DNA of 63,665 nt, counting the filler, from Craspedostauros australis (lineage: Eukaryota), in the NCBI GenBank assembly GCA_030167865.1. It is 5 parts of 5 records of this genome, joined end to end, with 100 filler letters (N's around TTAATTAATTAA, not from the genome) between each part and the next. Parts side by side here need not be neighbours in the genome. Positions count along the whole stretch, not along the records: positions 1 to 20,036 come from JALAGF010005794.1; 4 more parts are not named here. One strand, given 5' to 3'. The notes beneath the pieces are model-generated. The model was not told the origin of the DNA. It ran no database searches and saw only the letters and a program-made list of their open reading frames with translations. The translations under genes were made by a program, and so were the position numbers. Shown in pieces: positions 1 through 11,371 of the stretch; the first letter of the stretch is position 1, and every line of letters begins with the position of its first letter.

Positions 1-774
1 GCGTTAACCGAACATTAGCCAATCATGGTACTTTATTCTGCGTTGTTTTATTGTTCTTGTCGTCTTCATTGCTCCATGCTTGTCGCTGGGCTATCTCATT
101 TGCATTCCATTTCAAACCACGACGTCAAGGAGAACCACCGCAACACATCCATGTCATGGGATTACATTGCATCACATGCTTCCTCTGCATCATCCGCTTC
201 ATCCACACCACTCTACGTTTATGCTTTCCTCTGATCCACACCCACCTACAACAGCCAATTCATCCATACCCCACCCCACTGTACATCTTCTTGCCAAATC
301 AACAACAAGCCACATTCTTCCATCATTGATCCATCCCATCCTTTCGATTATCTCTCCACCCCTCGCCTCAACAACAAAAGTGACCATCCTGATGGGACTG
401 CAGCGCAGTCTCCCGCACCATCCACTTGCACGATACAACCACCTTCCTATGCCGACGACGTGAAGCAGCCACCAACCATCACATGGTGTCCCAATGTATT
501 CACGTTGGTGCAGTCTCCTCAGGACGCAGGTGTTGCCTACACGGAATGCAACAACAACGAATCCCGCACCATGTCTATCACTGATGGCTTACCCTGTACA
601 ACGCCGCCATCTACGGACCAGACGAACAACAAGAGGGCATGCCATTGCAAGAAGCCGCCAGCTCCTCCTACCTCAGTCTTCACAATTGTGAGGGTCGGTA
701 GCAACAGTAATCAGCCCACTTCATGGCCTGATCCCACCACCACTGTTGGCAAGACCATATAGCGTTTCTCTCCA

Positions 775-1524
775 ATGTACTACAAACTGAAGGGAAAGGT
801 GGACTGCTTGCCTTGGCTGCACATACTGCAACCATGCAACAGAATCCCCATGAATGTGATGACCAGGCTTCCAAACAAGCCATGGATACCACTCATTGGC
901 ACAGCATGGACACTCATCTGCAACGAACTACACCAGCAGAACTCCATGGTGTTGCTGAATATGCCACAAGAGTCCACATTGGCCAACCAATTCAAAAACT
1001 TCCTGGAGCTTACCAAAACACTCCTGAAGCGCACCCCTTGCTGCAGCGGCATGACGGAGAATATGAAGCAGTGGCTCGATGAGCTCACCACCCTGATACA
1101 GGAGCGCAAGGACTACGCCAAGGATTGTGTCACCTTGGAGCAAAGAATTCAAGGACGCAATAGCATCACCAGCAAGCAAAGGTCCCACATGCTCGCCCTG
1201 CGCCCTGCAATATCAAAGAAATAGGCTGGCAAAGCCGCGCGCAAACAAAAGGCAGCAGGAAGTGAAGAGAATGCCTCATCTTTCTGCATGTCATCCACCA
1301 CAATGAAGCCTGAGAAGAAGCCACGCGTGAGTATGGAACAGAAGATACAGAACACTGCAAGCCTCCTCAACAGGCTAAACAAAATCGAAACAAGCTCGCA
1401 GATTGGCTGCATGTGGCAATGCCTCCTGCTCCCACCCAAGCCGGACTTCATTCAATCATGGTGGTGTGGTCTGCTTCCCCCGTTCAGTACCAGCTGTGGA
1501 GGCAAGCGCACACATCCACAATAG
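775..1524 (+). pseudogene. Decayed coding remnant, possibly a transposon-derived Myb/SANT-like protein
   Basis: Broken ORFs (775..1224, 1288..1524) separated by a stop. The W...L...FK pattern (AWTLICNELH...STLANQFKNFL) followed by coiled-coil-like sequence loosely recalls Myb/SANT-like ORFs of DNA transposons. Confidence 0.25.
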
Positions 1525-2202
1525 CGGCAATGGCAACGGCAACAGAAATGGCAGCAAGGACAGGGACAGTAGCAATGACAATAACAACAACAGCAACAAC
1601 AGCCAATTCATCCAGCACATGTTGAATCAGCAACAGAAAATGCGCGATACATGCCACCGCTGGGAGGAGGATTGTGACAGCGTGGAGCGAGAGACTTCTC
1701 AGTTGCGCTACACCCAAGATAGGCTCTCTGCTGATATGAGGTCTCTTGCGGACCTCATGTTCCAAAACTACCACACCAGCAATGGCACTGTCAGCGGCAA
1801 TAGCAATGGCAACATCAACAGCCACCGCGATGGCAACGACAACCACGATGGCAGTGGCAGTGGCAGTTGCAACCGAAACAGAAACGGAAGTGACAGCGAT
1901 TCCATAATCACTGTCTCCCAACAAGATTCAGATTGCGGTGACAGGGAATACCACAGCGGCCATGATGGAGATCCTCCCCGAGTCACGAGGACGGAGTCCA
2001 CCGAATTGTTTACGAACATAGAGTGAGACAAGCATGATAACAGCAATGACGAAGACAAAGATGAAAGAACGGATGAAGCAGCTGCAACAATCAACAAGAA
2101 AAGGTCTGAACAAAACAGCCACCTCGAAAGAGAGAGAGAGAGAGAGAGAGATACATTAGCAATCTGCATTGGCATTATAATGAAGAGATGCGGCGGAAAC
2201 TG

Positions 2203-2932
2203 GAATGAAAGAAAGAATTGCAAATGGGGTAGAACGTAGTTGCAGTGGAAGACAAGTTAAACACAAACGCAAACGCATCCGCTAAGAAAAGACTGTAAAA
2301 TAGACGTAGCCAAGCTTGTCGGACAGCAGACACACATTAGCATGATTTTGTTGACGCAGGACACAAAACTAGAACAAGCAAGTACCACGATGCAAGTGGA
2401 GGTGCGCTAACACCCAGAACAAGCGCACAGAAAAGAACGAAGCAGATGGCGCCAGCCAACAACGCGATGAATTGTCGCGACACTCATAATTTGTGTCGTG
2501 GATACGTGTTCCAGCCAGTCAAACGCCAAAATTAAATGTCCTNNNNNNNNNNNNNNNNNNNNNNNNNNNNNNNNNNNNNNNNNNNNNNNNNNGAATGAAA
2601 GAAAGAATTGCAAATGGGGTAGAACGTAGTTGCAGTGGAAGACAAGTTAAACACAAACGCAAACGCATCCGCTAAGAAAAGACTGTAAAATAGACGTAGC
2701 CAAGCTTGTCGGACAGCAGACACACATTAGCATGATTTTGTTGACGCAGGACACAAAACTAGAACAAGCAAGTACCACGATGCAAGTGGAGGTGCGCTAA
2801 CACCCAGAACAAGCGCACAGAAAAGAACGAAGCAGATGGCGCCAGCCAACAACGCGATGAATTGTCGCGACACTCATAATTTGTGTCGTGGATACGTGTT
2901 CCAGCCAGTCAAACGCCAAAATTAAATGTCCT
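2203..2932. repeat. 340-bp direct duplication flanking an N gap (2203-2542 = 2593-2932)
   Basis: Identical sequence on both sides of the gap, typical of an unmerged contig overlap. Confidence 0.85.
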
Positions 2933-3021
2933 GAGGAGGACAGATAAATTATCTGTCCTCCTCAGGACAGTTGTGGGGAAAACATCGACAAGAAGCGATA
3001 AATGTCCTCCTCAGGACATTT
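2924..3021. repeat. Nested palindrome / inverted-repeat cluster
   Basis: Perfect 21-bp arms TGTCCTGAGGAGGACAGATAA (2927-2947) and TTATCTGTCCTCCTCAGGACA (2949-2969). A third copy, AAATGTCCTCCTCAGGACATTT, lies at 3000-3021. Confidence 0.9.
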
Positions 3022-4065
3022 ACGAAAACGCCCACACAAAATTTTCCTTACGGATATTTTCGTCAACAAGTTGATGCCACATCCATAGGAAAGCTCTCGC
3101 TCTCCACAGAGTGCGATCATTCTTCAGCGTCGTCACTTTTCGATTTGGCCACATCCTTGCTTTCATTTCCACGCAGCGGCTCCGGAGATGCACAAGAAAG
3201 TGAGAGAGGGAATGGGGAGACTGGTGATGATGATGACACCCAACGCGGCGAAGGGGGTTGAACGCTGGATCTTTTGTGCCTGGCTTGGCCTCCGGCAGAA
3301 CGGTGTCGTGATGGTTCGCAGTCACGACAACCTCTGCGCGCAGCATCGGCTGCATGACATCATTGGACGAAAGGAGAACTGTTGTCATTCTTCAATTTCT
3401 GTGTTTAAGGCAGTTCAGTGACGCAACAAGGCTGTCGACAATGATGCGTTAATGGTGGATCGTGAACGAACAGAAAGTCACCCAAACAAAACATGAGCAC
3501 AACAAGTCCGCTCAGAATGCCCACGCGCCGCGATCACTTGCGTGTGCGCCGAGGACTAATAAATTGCCCAACGTTTGTGACATCCACAACCCCGGACGCA
3601 CCATCGTGTCCATCTTGAGTGCGATCTTGTTTGCGAGATGTTGGGCAACACGTTTTGTGATGCCAAACAGCAGAAAGGAGAGCGCGCAACCGGCTCAGTC
3701 TGCTCAGGCAAGGCACCAAAGGCCACCTGGGTTCACGATCACCGCGAGTGGAGCAGATAGCGCTGAAACCAAGAGCGTGGCACGCACCTGAGCAGAGCGG
3801 CAGCGCAGCACAGAAGAGGAAAGGCGGAGAGAGGAACCGAGAGAGTGATGTCATACCAATCGAACCAAACGCATACCACACACATACAAATGCTACACTC
3901 GTACCACCGATAGTACCATAGCTACCGCATCAACATCATTAATATCATCAATATCATTGACCCCATTCACACTACCTCTGGAGCAGAGCTGCCGACATTT
4001 CATTACTGCCATACTGCCCTTCGCTCGTTGCGCACAAGAGCTTGATTTGAGCATTCGGCGGCGAC

Positions 4066-5988
4066 ATGGTCATCGCACTGAGAGGCACGCACAGCAGAGT
4101 GAAGCCTACCAGCTCCTCCATCGCGATGGATGGGACGATCACGACAGTTTCCTTGGTGGATAATAAGAGGGTGGTGACCACCCACACCATGACTCAGGTC
4201 AACACAAACGCGAGGAAGCCCACCACCCCCACGGGTCTGCGTCGCACGTTCGGGACAGACTTGGTCCATAGCGGCAGCATCTCAGGCAGCATGACCGGCA
4301 GCATCCGCAGCAGAGACTTGGACGACGACGACGACGACGAGCGGCGATTCCGGTCTTTGGAGCGGATCCTCGACATGCAGGAGCTGCCGGCGACAGGCTA
4401 CAACGTTTCGTTTCTGTACCCGGAGCGGTATTCCCACATCTACTCCAACCTCAAGTCGAGGAACCTGGACATCCACGGCAGGGATTGGGGGCGGCTCGTG
4501 GCGTCGGGCTACAACTGGACCACGTTGCAGCTGCTCGTGCAGAAGTTCACCCACATTCAGATCGGAACGGCGTGGTTGAGCCAGCACCAGATCCAGCACG
4601 ATGCGTTCAAGAAGTTCCTGCAGTTCGACAACGTCCTGCTGTACTTCGTCAACGACCAGGAGCTCGACCGCCGCACCTTCGTGCGACAGACCATCTCCAC
4701 GCTCAAGGGCCTCATCAGCCTGCTGCCCGCGCCGTTCGGACAAAAGCCGCTGCAGGTGGAGGCGACGATTCTGCTGCCGCTGCTGGCCAACGCGGCGGTG
4801 CAGGTCGAGACGCTGCGCGTGCGGCACTGCCAAATCACGGGCGTCGCAACGTGCAACTGGCTGTCCACGATCATGAACGTGTCGCTGACCGAGTGCTCCT
4901 TTCCAGATGGCGGCCGGCAGTTCTGGGGAGCCGCGACGCAGCGCCATGCATCGAGCATCCAGACCCTGGCGTTGCGCAACGTCGCGAATATGGACAGCGC
5001 GTTGTTGGCGCAGGCCATCCTTGGCATGGGACAATTGAAGGCGCTGTCGTTGGAACACGGAGATGCCGGCATGGATTGGAATCCCATCCTCAAGGCGGCC
5101 TCTGCATCCACGACGCTGCAGCGCATCTTCGTCAATGGAGAATACGACACGATGAACTGGTTGCGCGGCATCGTGATGCTGCTGCACAACCGCAACACGA
5201 CGCAGATCGGGTACCGGCTGCGATCCGCACGCATCTTCACGGCGGCGGAGAAGATGGCGATGAGCATGGGCATCCTGACGGCCGTGCAGCACAATCGGTG
5301 CATCCACTACCTCGACATCGACGCGGGACACGTGGTGCAGGAGGTGATGGACCGGCGCATCTTGCCCATCACGAGGACGAACAAGGCCAGGCCCGATGTC
5401 ATCGAGACGACCAACGAGGTCTTGGCCGATACGGACTACTCTGGACTCGCGGCCGTGCTGTGCCATGCGACTGTGCGCACGAATCCGGATCTCCTATTTG
5501 AGGTCGTGTCGCGCACGCATGAGCTGCTTGCCGATTGTCACGTGGCATGGGACTCATCGTCCGACGACGACGAGTCGGAAGTGGAGAGCAGTCTTCACGA
5601 GGAGGAGGCCCTGAATGATGTGGACGTGGACAGGGTGAGAGGCCGCCGTCGCAATCGCAGCTTGGACGGGAGCCGCAGTATCAGTATCAGCAGCGCCAGT
5701 CTGAGCATCAGCAGCGCCGGCAGCATCAGCAGCACCGACGACGAGGATGACGACGAGGATGACAGTCGATACCGGCGCAAGTACAACGCCAACCAGCACG
5801 CCATCCAATCCGAGATCCGGTCCTTCTTCAACAAGCTCCTGCCCGGCATGGTGACGTCGCGCACGAGCAACGCGGAGCTTGGGTACATCCACCAACGTTT
5901 GCGACGGGACTTTTCGCGAATACTGGACGATGCCTTTGAGGAGCTGGGGGATGGCGAAAACGTCTCGTGGAGGGATCGGGGTCGTTGA
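4066..5988 (+). CDS. RNI-like leucine-rich-repeat protein (diatom-expanded family); start uncertain
   Basis: 640-aa GC3-rich ORF with LxxLxL repeats (VETLRVRHC, IQTLALRNV, LKALSLEH, TLQRIFV, IHYLDI) and the C-terminal cap 'RILPITRTN...NPDLLFEVV'. Confidence 0.65.
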   Translation: MVIALRGTHSRVKPTSSSIAMDGTITTVSLVDNKRVVTTHTMTQVNTNARKPTTPTGLRRTFGTDLVHSGSISGSMTGSIRSRDLDDDDDDERRFRSLERILDMQELPATGYNVSFLYPERYSHIYSNLKSRNLDIHGRDWGRLVASGYNWTTLQLLVQKFTHIQIGTAWLSQHQIQHDAFKKFLQFDNVLLYFVNDQELDRRTFVRQTISTLKGLISLLPAPFGQKPLQVEATILLPLLANAAVQVETLRVRHCQITGVATCNWLSTIMNVSLTECSFPDGGRQFWGAATQRHASSIQTLALRNVANMDSALLAQAILGMGQLKALSLEHGDAGMDWNPILKAASASTTLQRIFVNGEYDTMNWLRGIVMLLHNRNTTQIGYRLRSARIFTAAEKMAMSMGILTAVQHNRCIHYLDIDAGHVVQEVMDRRILPITRTNKARPDVIETTNEVLADTDYSGLAAVLCHATVRTNPDLLFEVVSRTHELLADCHVAWDSSSDDDESEVESSLHEEEALNDVDVDRVRGRRRNRSLDGSRSISISSASLSISSAGSISSTDDEDDDEDDSRYRRKYNANQHAIQSEIRSFFNKLLPGMVTSRTSNAELGYIHQRLRRDFSRILDDAFEELGDGENVSWRDRGR

Positions 5989-6896
5989 GGAACGTGGGGG
6001 CGTAGTGGTCGAAGTTTGGGACGAAGTTACGGGTCTCTTCGTTTCAAGAAATGTTGTAGAGAGAGAGGGTCAAGTAATATGCGTATAGTAGGTACAACAC
6101 AAATGTTCTACATCTTCACAAGGAGTAATGCAGGGTTGAGTATGGTATGGTATGTTGTATTTTCTGTTTCAAGCTGTCCGCGCTCTGGATGCATCAATCA
6201 TTCGGAAGGCTCCATCACTCGCAGAGTTGAATACCATACGACGACATAGTCGTGGAGGACTTCAAAGTCAAGCGCACAACCGCTCCATGCATGTGTCAAG
6301 TGCATCTACCATATAGGTAGATGAGATGAATGAATGGAAGTTGGCAATGATGTTATAATAGGATAGTATGATACATGTCTCACTCAATCCCACGATGTGC
6401 TGTACTATCTACGATGAACGTTGTTGTTCTCGCATGCCACCCACTCAAAAGACACAAACGCTCTCTCTAGATTAGAATGGAACTTTCTATGTAGTTTTTA
6501 GACTACTATTCGTGTGTTGTTCGGTTGGCTTCCATCCACATGATCGTTTTTGAATGATTTTGAACATACCATTGTATTCAGAGATGAATAACGTCGAATG
6601 CGAAAGAACGTTACCGAACGCAAAAAATTGAACCGACAAAAGAAACGCAATCCATCACCAAAACGACCATGCTTCCGTGTTGTGTTTGGTTTGATGTAGC
6701 GTGGAACAGCACCAAACAACGCTCGGTTCCCACATGATTTGCGTGGTTGGCCGCGGCAAGACTGTATGATTGATTACAACACAATACTACACTCCACCGT
6801 GTCACTCTGCAATATAATAGCAAAGAACGGACAGATCACACCACGACAGACAGATAGAGACAACAACACAAAGAGAGACACGATCGTTGACGAACC

Positions 6897-9800
6897 ATGA
6901 CGCAGACCGACGCCGCTGCGCCATCCACGCCCAAATTGGCAGCCGCGAAGCGTCCAAACCCTGAGTTCTCCACGCCATCGCAGAAGACGGACGGAGGCCG
7001 CGTCTCCAAGAAGGTGGCTGCTACGACCCGCAACCGCTCGTCGGCCAAGCGCATCCTGTCGCGGTTGCTGGGATCGTGTGGGCCGACGACAGGCAGCAGC
7101 AAGGCCGCGGCCATCAGTCGTCTGTCAAGACGCAGCGCCACATTCAAGGCGGCCGTTCCCGATTCGCCCACTGTGGCTTGCGAGACGGTCGTTGATGAGA
7201 ATAAGGTCAATCGGAGTACCAGCGCGAGCACTAGTGTCAGTACTAGTGTGAGTACTAGTGTGAGCAACAACAACAACAATAGCAGTGACACTGGCAGTGA
7301 CAATAGCAGCGACAATAACAGTGACGACAACAACAGTGACAACAATAGCAGTGACAACAACAGCGATACCACCCAGAACACCGAACCCAACCAACCAACC
7401 CACGACGTCCGCGCCGTCGCATCCGCAGCAGCCAGCGCAATGGATAGCATGCCGTTGATGGTCACGTCTCCTGATGAAGAGATCACAATTCGAACAGTTT
7501 CCACAACAACGTCAGACATCACCGACAGCCTCATGAAGATCTCCATTCACAAGGAGTCGCCGCTGCCCAAGCAGCTCTTTTCGACCACTGATCAGGAGAA
7601 TATATCCAACTCCTGCAATGTGGCGTCGCCATCCACTGTCATGAACAACTCGAATCTCATCATTCCGACGCCCGACAAGTCGATCGATTATGACGGAACC
7701 ACGCAGCCTCTCCATGGGTTGCCGGGTATGGAGGAGATGCTGACGACGTCGCCGTTTGAAGATCATGAAGAAGATAGTGAGAACGGACAAGTCGATGATG
7801 ATGATGATGATGATGATGCCTTCCTTCCCGAGGACTTCAAGAAGGCCGTCATGGCAGATGAGGGACAAGAGTTGGAACATCCAGATGAAGCAGAATCAGA
7901 CGAAGATGAAGACAATCAACAGGATGAGGATGATCCAGACAACCAACAGCAACAGCAGCAGCAGCAGCAGCAAGGGCCGCAGCATGATGACGATCTCACA
8001 GTACCAACGTCTGCCACGACGACGACAGAAACACTGTACACGGAGAAACAGCTCCAAATCAGAATTGAAGAAGAAAGGCACCTGCTGCAACAGGAAATGG
8101 AGGCCGCCCACGAAGATCAGCTCAAGGACCTGCAGGACCAGGCCGAGGCAATGCTCAAGGAGCACGGTCAGCAATGGAAGGCAGAGTCCGACAAGGAGTA
8201 CCAGCGCATGCATCACAGGCTCAAGGAGGAGCAGAGCGCCTCGCTCAAGAAGAACCTAGACTTGGCCAAGAAGATCCTAGAGCTGGAAGACACCAAGGGC
8301 AAGCTTGCGGCGGCCGAAGAGACCAATGCCCAACTCGCCACGTTGCGGCAGGAACTTCACGATGCCAAGACCGCGGGACAGACGGAAGTGGCAGCACTCA
8401 AGGCGCAGATCGACCAACTCACCAACCACAACGAAACGGCATCCAACGAGGAACGCGAGAAGCTTCATGACGAATTGCACGCGTTGCGAGTGCAGCACAC
8501 GGCCTTGATTGCCGAGTCCAAGGCGACCAAGGAAGACCTCCAGGCCAAGGAGGCATCGCATGCGCAAGAGATGCAGCACCAAGTCGCGGAGACAGCAAAG
8601 CTCAATCAACAGTTGGACGCTCTCAAGCGCCAAAAGCAGGAGCAGCAACAGGCATTGCAAGCGCAGCTCGCCAATTACGAAGGTCAAGTTGCGAAGTTGC
8701 GCGACGACAATACGCGCATCCAAGAGGAACTGCAAGTGGCCCAGAAGGACAACGTGGCAACAGCCGTTTCGCACGATGACAAGTGCAAGACGTTGCAAGC
8801 CGAAATTGACGCGTTGAAGGAGCGCCTCGAACAATCCACCAACAGCTACACCGGTCAAGGCGCCGAACTCGAGCAGTGGAAGATGCAGGTCACGGCGCTG
8901 CAAGAGAAGATCGAATCGTCGGAGCACGTCAAGATCTGTCTGCAGGCATCGATCGGCGACCTCCAGAAGGCGCACAAGGACGAGATCGTCGCCATCCAGC
9001 AACAGTCGCGAGAGCAGCTGCAGAAGGTCCAAGGCGACTTGCAAACCCTGCAGACGTCGTCCAACGATGAGCGCACCCGGTTGCAGGGCCAACTGCAAAC
9101 CTTGCAGGAGGAGATGCGGCAGGTGCAGGCGGATCGCAACCAGGCCCTCAAGGCTGCGCGCGATGAGGCCAAGCAGGAGATGGAGCAGGCTCTGCAGAAC
9201 CTGGAGAATCAGCTGTCCAACATGCAGGCCGACGACTCCGTGCTGACGAAGAATCTCGCGGAGCTGCAGGCCCAGACGGAGGCCGACAGGAAGGCGTACG
9301 AGCAGCAGGTCGTGGGTGTGCGCATGGAGCACAGCAAGGAGATGGAGGAAGTGCTGGCGCAGCTCGATCTGGTGGAGGCCGAGCATTCCGAACGCATGCG
9401 GTCGAAGGAACGATCCATCACGGACAAGGACGCCGTCATCTCCGCGTTGGGGAACCAGCTCGCGGAAGTGCAGGTCACGCTGCAGAATGCCAAAGACCGG
9501 CAGGTGTCCGTCGAGGAGGAGCTGGGAGGCGTGCAGGCGAAGCTGAGCGACGCGCTGGGCGAGATCCAAGCCAAGAAGCAGGAGATTCAGCGGATGCAGA
9601 CGCATCACGAGCGCAGCATCGAAGAGCAGATGGTGGAACGCGATCGCGCCGTCGAGCAAGCACGCGATGAGATGATCGAACGCGCCGAATCCCAATTCGA
9701 GGAGCGCAATACCATGTACAAGAAATTGAAGATGGAGTATGACAACGCGTCTGCGATGAATCAAGAACTGGAGCAGCAGCTGGCGAACGCGGAGAAGCTC

Positions 9801-10217
9801 GCGTCGGATGCGCGCAAGGAATCGCAAGTGCGCGAGCTCGATTTGGCGGATCAATTGGCGCAAGCCAAGGCAGGTGAGTATTGTGGGAATATTGTGGTTG
9901 TGTCTATATGTACTGTTACATTCATTGTCTGGTTCTCTCACACGGCTTTCTTGTTTGTATCTTCAGCCATTGCCACATTGGAAGCCAGCGTATCACGCAA
10001 GACGAAGCAGCATCTGGAAGAGGAGGAAAGGCTCCACCAAGCTGAAGAGGCCCTGCGCCGGGAATTGGAGAAGGAGAAATCGACCTGCCGCAGCATCCAA
10101 TCGACGCTGGCGTCCGTGGTTGCCGAGAAGGAAAAGCTGAACCGCGAATGCGATGAATTAAAGGCCGTTTCGGAGGAACTCATGACGATGGTCGAGAATC
10201 ACCAAATACAGCCCTAA
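6897..10217 (+). CDS. Long coiled-coil protein with low-complexity N-terminus; exons 6897-9873 and 9967-10217
   Basis: E/Q/K/L heptad-rich ORF. A 93-nt GTGAGT...TTCAG intron (9874-9966) has an AT-rich composition that interrupts the coiled coil. Confidence 0.8.
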   Translation: MTQTDAAAPSTPKLAAAKRPNPEFSTPSQKTDGGRVSKKVAATTRNRSSAKRILSRLLGSCGPTTGSSKAAAISRLSRRSATFKAAVPDSPTVACETVVDENKVNRSTSASTSVSTSVSTSVSNNNNNSSDTGSDNSSDNNSDDNNSDNNSSDNNSDTTQNTEPNQPTHDVRAVASAAASAMDSMPLMVTSPDEEITIRTVSTTTSDITDSLMKISIHKESPLPKQLFSTTDQENISNSCNVASPSTVMNNSNLIIPTPDKSIDYDGTTQPLHGLPGMEEMLTTSPFEDHEEDSENGQVDDDDDDDDAFLPEDFKKAVMADEGQELEHPDEAESDEDEDNQQDEDDPDNQQQQQQQQQQGPQHDDDLTVPTSATTTTETLYTEKQLQIRIEEERHLLQQEMEAAHEDQLKDLQDQAEAMLKEHGQQWKAESDKEYQRMHHRLKEEQSASLKKNLDLAKKILELEDTKGKLAAAEETNAQLATLRQELHDAKTAGQTEVAALKAQIDQLTNHNETASNEEREKLHDELHALRVQHTALIAESKATKEDLQAKEASHAQEMQHQVAETAKLNQQLDALKRQKQEQQQALQAQLANYEGQVAKLRDDNTRIQEELQVAQKDNVATAVSHDDKCKTLQAEIDALKERLEQSTNSYTGQGAELEQWKMQVTALQEKIESSEHVKICLQASIGDLQKAHKDEIVAIQQQSREQLQKVQGDLQTLQTSSNDERTRLQGQLQTLQEEMRQVQADRNQALKAARDEAKQEMEQALQNLENQLSNMQADDSVLTKNLAELQAQTEADRKAYEQQVVGVRMEHSKEMEEVLAQLDLVEAEHSERMRSKERSITDKDAVISALGNQLAEVQVTLQNAKDRQVSVEEELGGVQAKLSDALGEIQAKKQEIQRMQTHHERSIEEQMVERDRAVEQARDEMIERAESQFEERNTMYKKLKMEYDNASAMNQELEQQLANAEKLASDARKESQVRELDLADQLAQAKAGEYCGNIVVVSICTVTFIVWFSHTAFLFVSSAIATLEASVSRKTKQHLEEEERLHQAEEALRRELEKEKSTCRSIQSTLASVVAEKEKLNRECDELKAVSEELMTMVENHQIQP

Positions 10218-10242
10218 TACTGTGATGTATTCCATTATATTT

Positions 10243-10665
10243 TCATGGACCACCCCAGTGTGGTGGTGGCCCCGTTGCGCTCCACGTCCAATTCTGCTTG
10301 TCACTGTTATCGCTGTCGTCGTCGATGTGTGGTTGCCGATTGGATGACAATGGCATGAAGGCCGCCGCAACCAGCGATTGGCGCAGTCTGGCCGAGACGG
10401 ACGACAGCATGGCCAGCGGATTCAACTTGTGTTGGTCTGCGGCTTGACAATGCCGTTCCTGCGACCATGCGCCGCTGAACGCGCAACGACGATGTGCGTA
10501 CTGCCCACATAGGATGCATCGCACGCTGTCGGCCCCGCGCATCGTCTCGTCGCAGGCGACGCATTGCACTGCGAATAGAACGCGCGTCGTTTGAAACGCA
10601 TGCTGATGCACGGGATGTCGACACGACGATCCACGTTCCATCGCTTCAATCGTGTCTTCTGCCAT
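10243..10665 (-). CDS. Short C1 (PKC/DAG-binding-type zinc finger) protein, possibly truncated
   Basis: HAF-x10-CVAC-x11-CILC-x4-HRRC matches C1 spacing. First ATG is at 10665 (140 aa). Confidence 0.55.
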   Translation of the reverse strand: MAEDTIEAMERGSSCRHPVHQHAFQTTRVLFAVQCVACDETMRGADSVRCILCGQYAHRRCAFSGAWSQERHCQAADQHKLNPLAMLSSVSARLRQSLVAAAFMPLSSNRQPHIDDDSDNSDKQNWTWSATGPPPHWGGP

Positions 10666-10680
10666 TTTTTTTTTGAAACT

Positions 10681-11013
10681 ATGGACAAACAAGCACAAGA
10701 GGTTGTGGATGGTTGCACGCCACGGCAACGCAAGGCCTTGATCAAGCGATTGAAGTACACGGCCAAGCCGTTGCTGTCGCCGTTGGAACGGAAGATGCTC
10801 AAGGTCTTGCGGCGGCAGCAGAATAGCGATAGCGATGTCGTCGTTACGTGGACGCGGGAGCCAGCGAAGGCCAAACCCAAGAAACGTCGCCAAAAGAAGA
10901 AGAACGATGCCTTGTTTTCAGGTTTGGGACAGAGCATGGAACAGTTGGCGCTGTGGTCGTCAGAGAACGTCAAGGCATTGCAGAAGACCGAGCCATCATC
11001 CATGATCGAATGA
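10681..11013 (+). CDS. Small basic hypothetical protein (110 aa)
   Basis: ATG at 10681, protein-like composition and an NLS-like KPKKRRQKKK. No family recognised. Confidence 0.35.
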   Translation: MDKQAQEVVDGCTPRQRKALIKRLKYTAKPLLSPLERKMLKVLRRQQNSDSDVVVTWTREPAKAKPKKRRQKKKNDALFSGLGQSMEQLALWSSENVKALQKTEPSSMIE

Positions 11014-11371
11014 GAGACATGCAAACGGAAGCGTGGTCACGGCAATGACAACAGCGTGGGCGTAGACAGTCAACATCATACCACAAGAGTAAAGCAGTAG
11101 TAGGACTCGACGGTAACACACTTACATACTCCGAGTCTACAGCGCTCGCCATTCGTACTTCAAGCTTGTAGTATATGGTGTAATGGCCTGCGGCCTACTA
11201 TAATATATTGTCTGTCTTGTCTATCGTAGAACATAATAATAATAGCGATCTATGCTATTACATTACACTCTACACGTACGTACGACTACTCATACGTACA
11301 CTGCCCGTAGTCTATTCGCATTTGTAACCTATTGTATGTACTCACCCCCTTCGCGTGCCCGTGCATCGGTT

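Noticed and set aside
2203..2932. LTR pair or true tandem duplication
   Set aside because: The copies are identical and directly abut a 50-N gap, which indicates an assembly overlap artefact.
8277..9941. Long antisense ORFs (e.g. 8277-9941, 4282-5466, 47460-48524, 33079-34281)
   Set aside because: They are shadows of GC3-biased genes on the other strand or frame and have no recognisable motifs.
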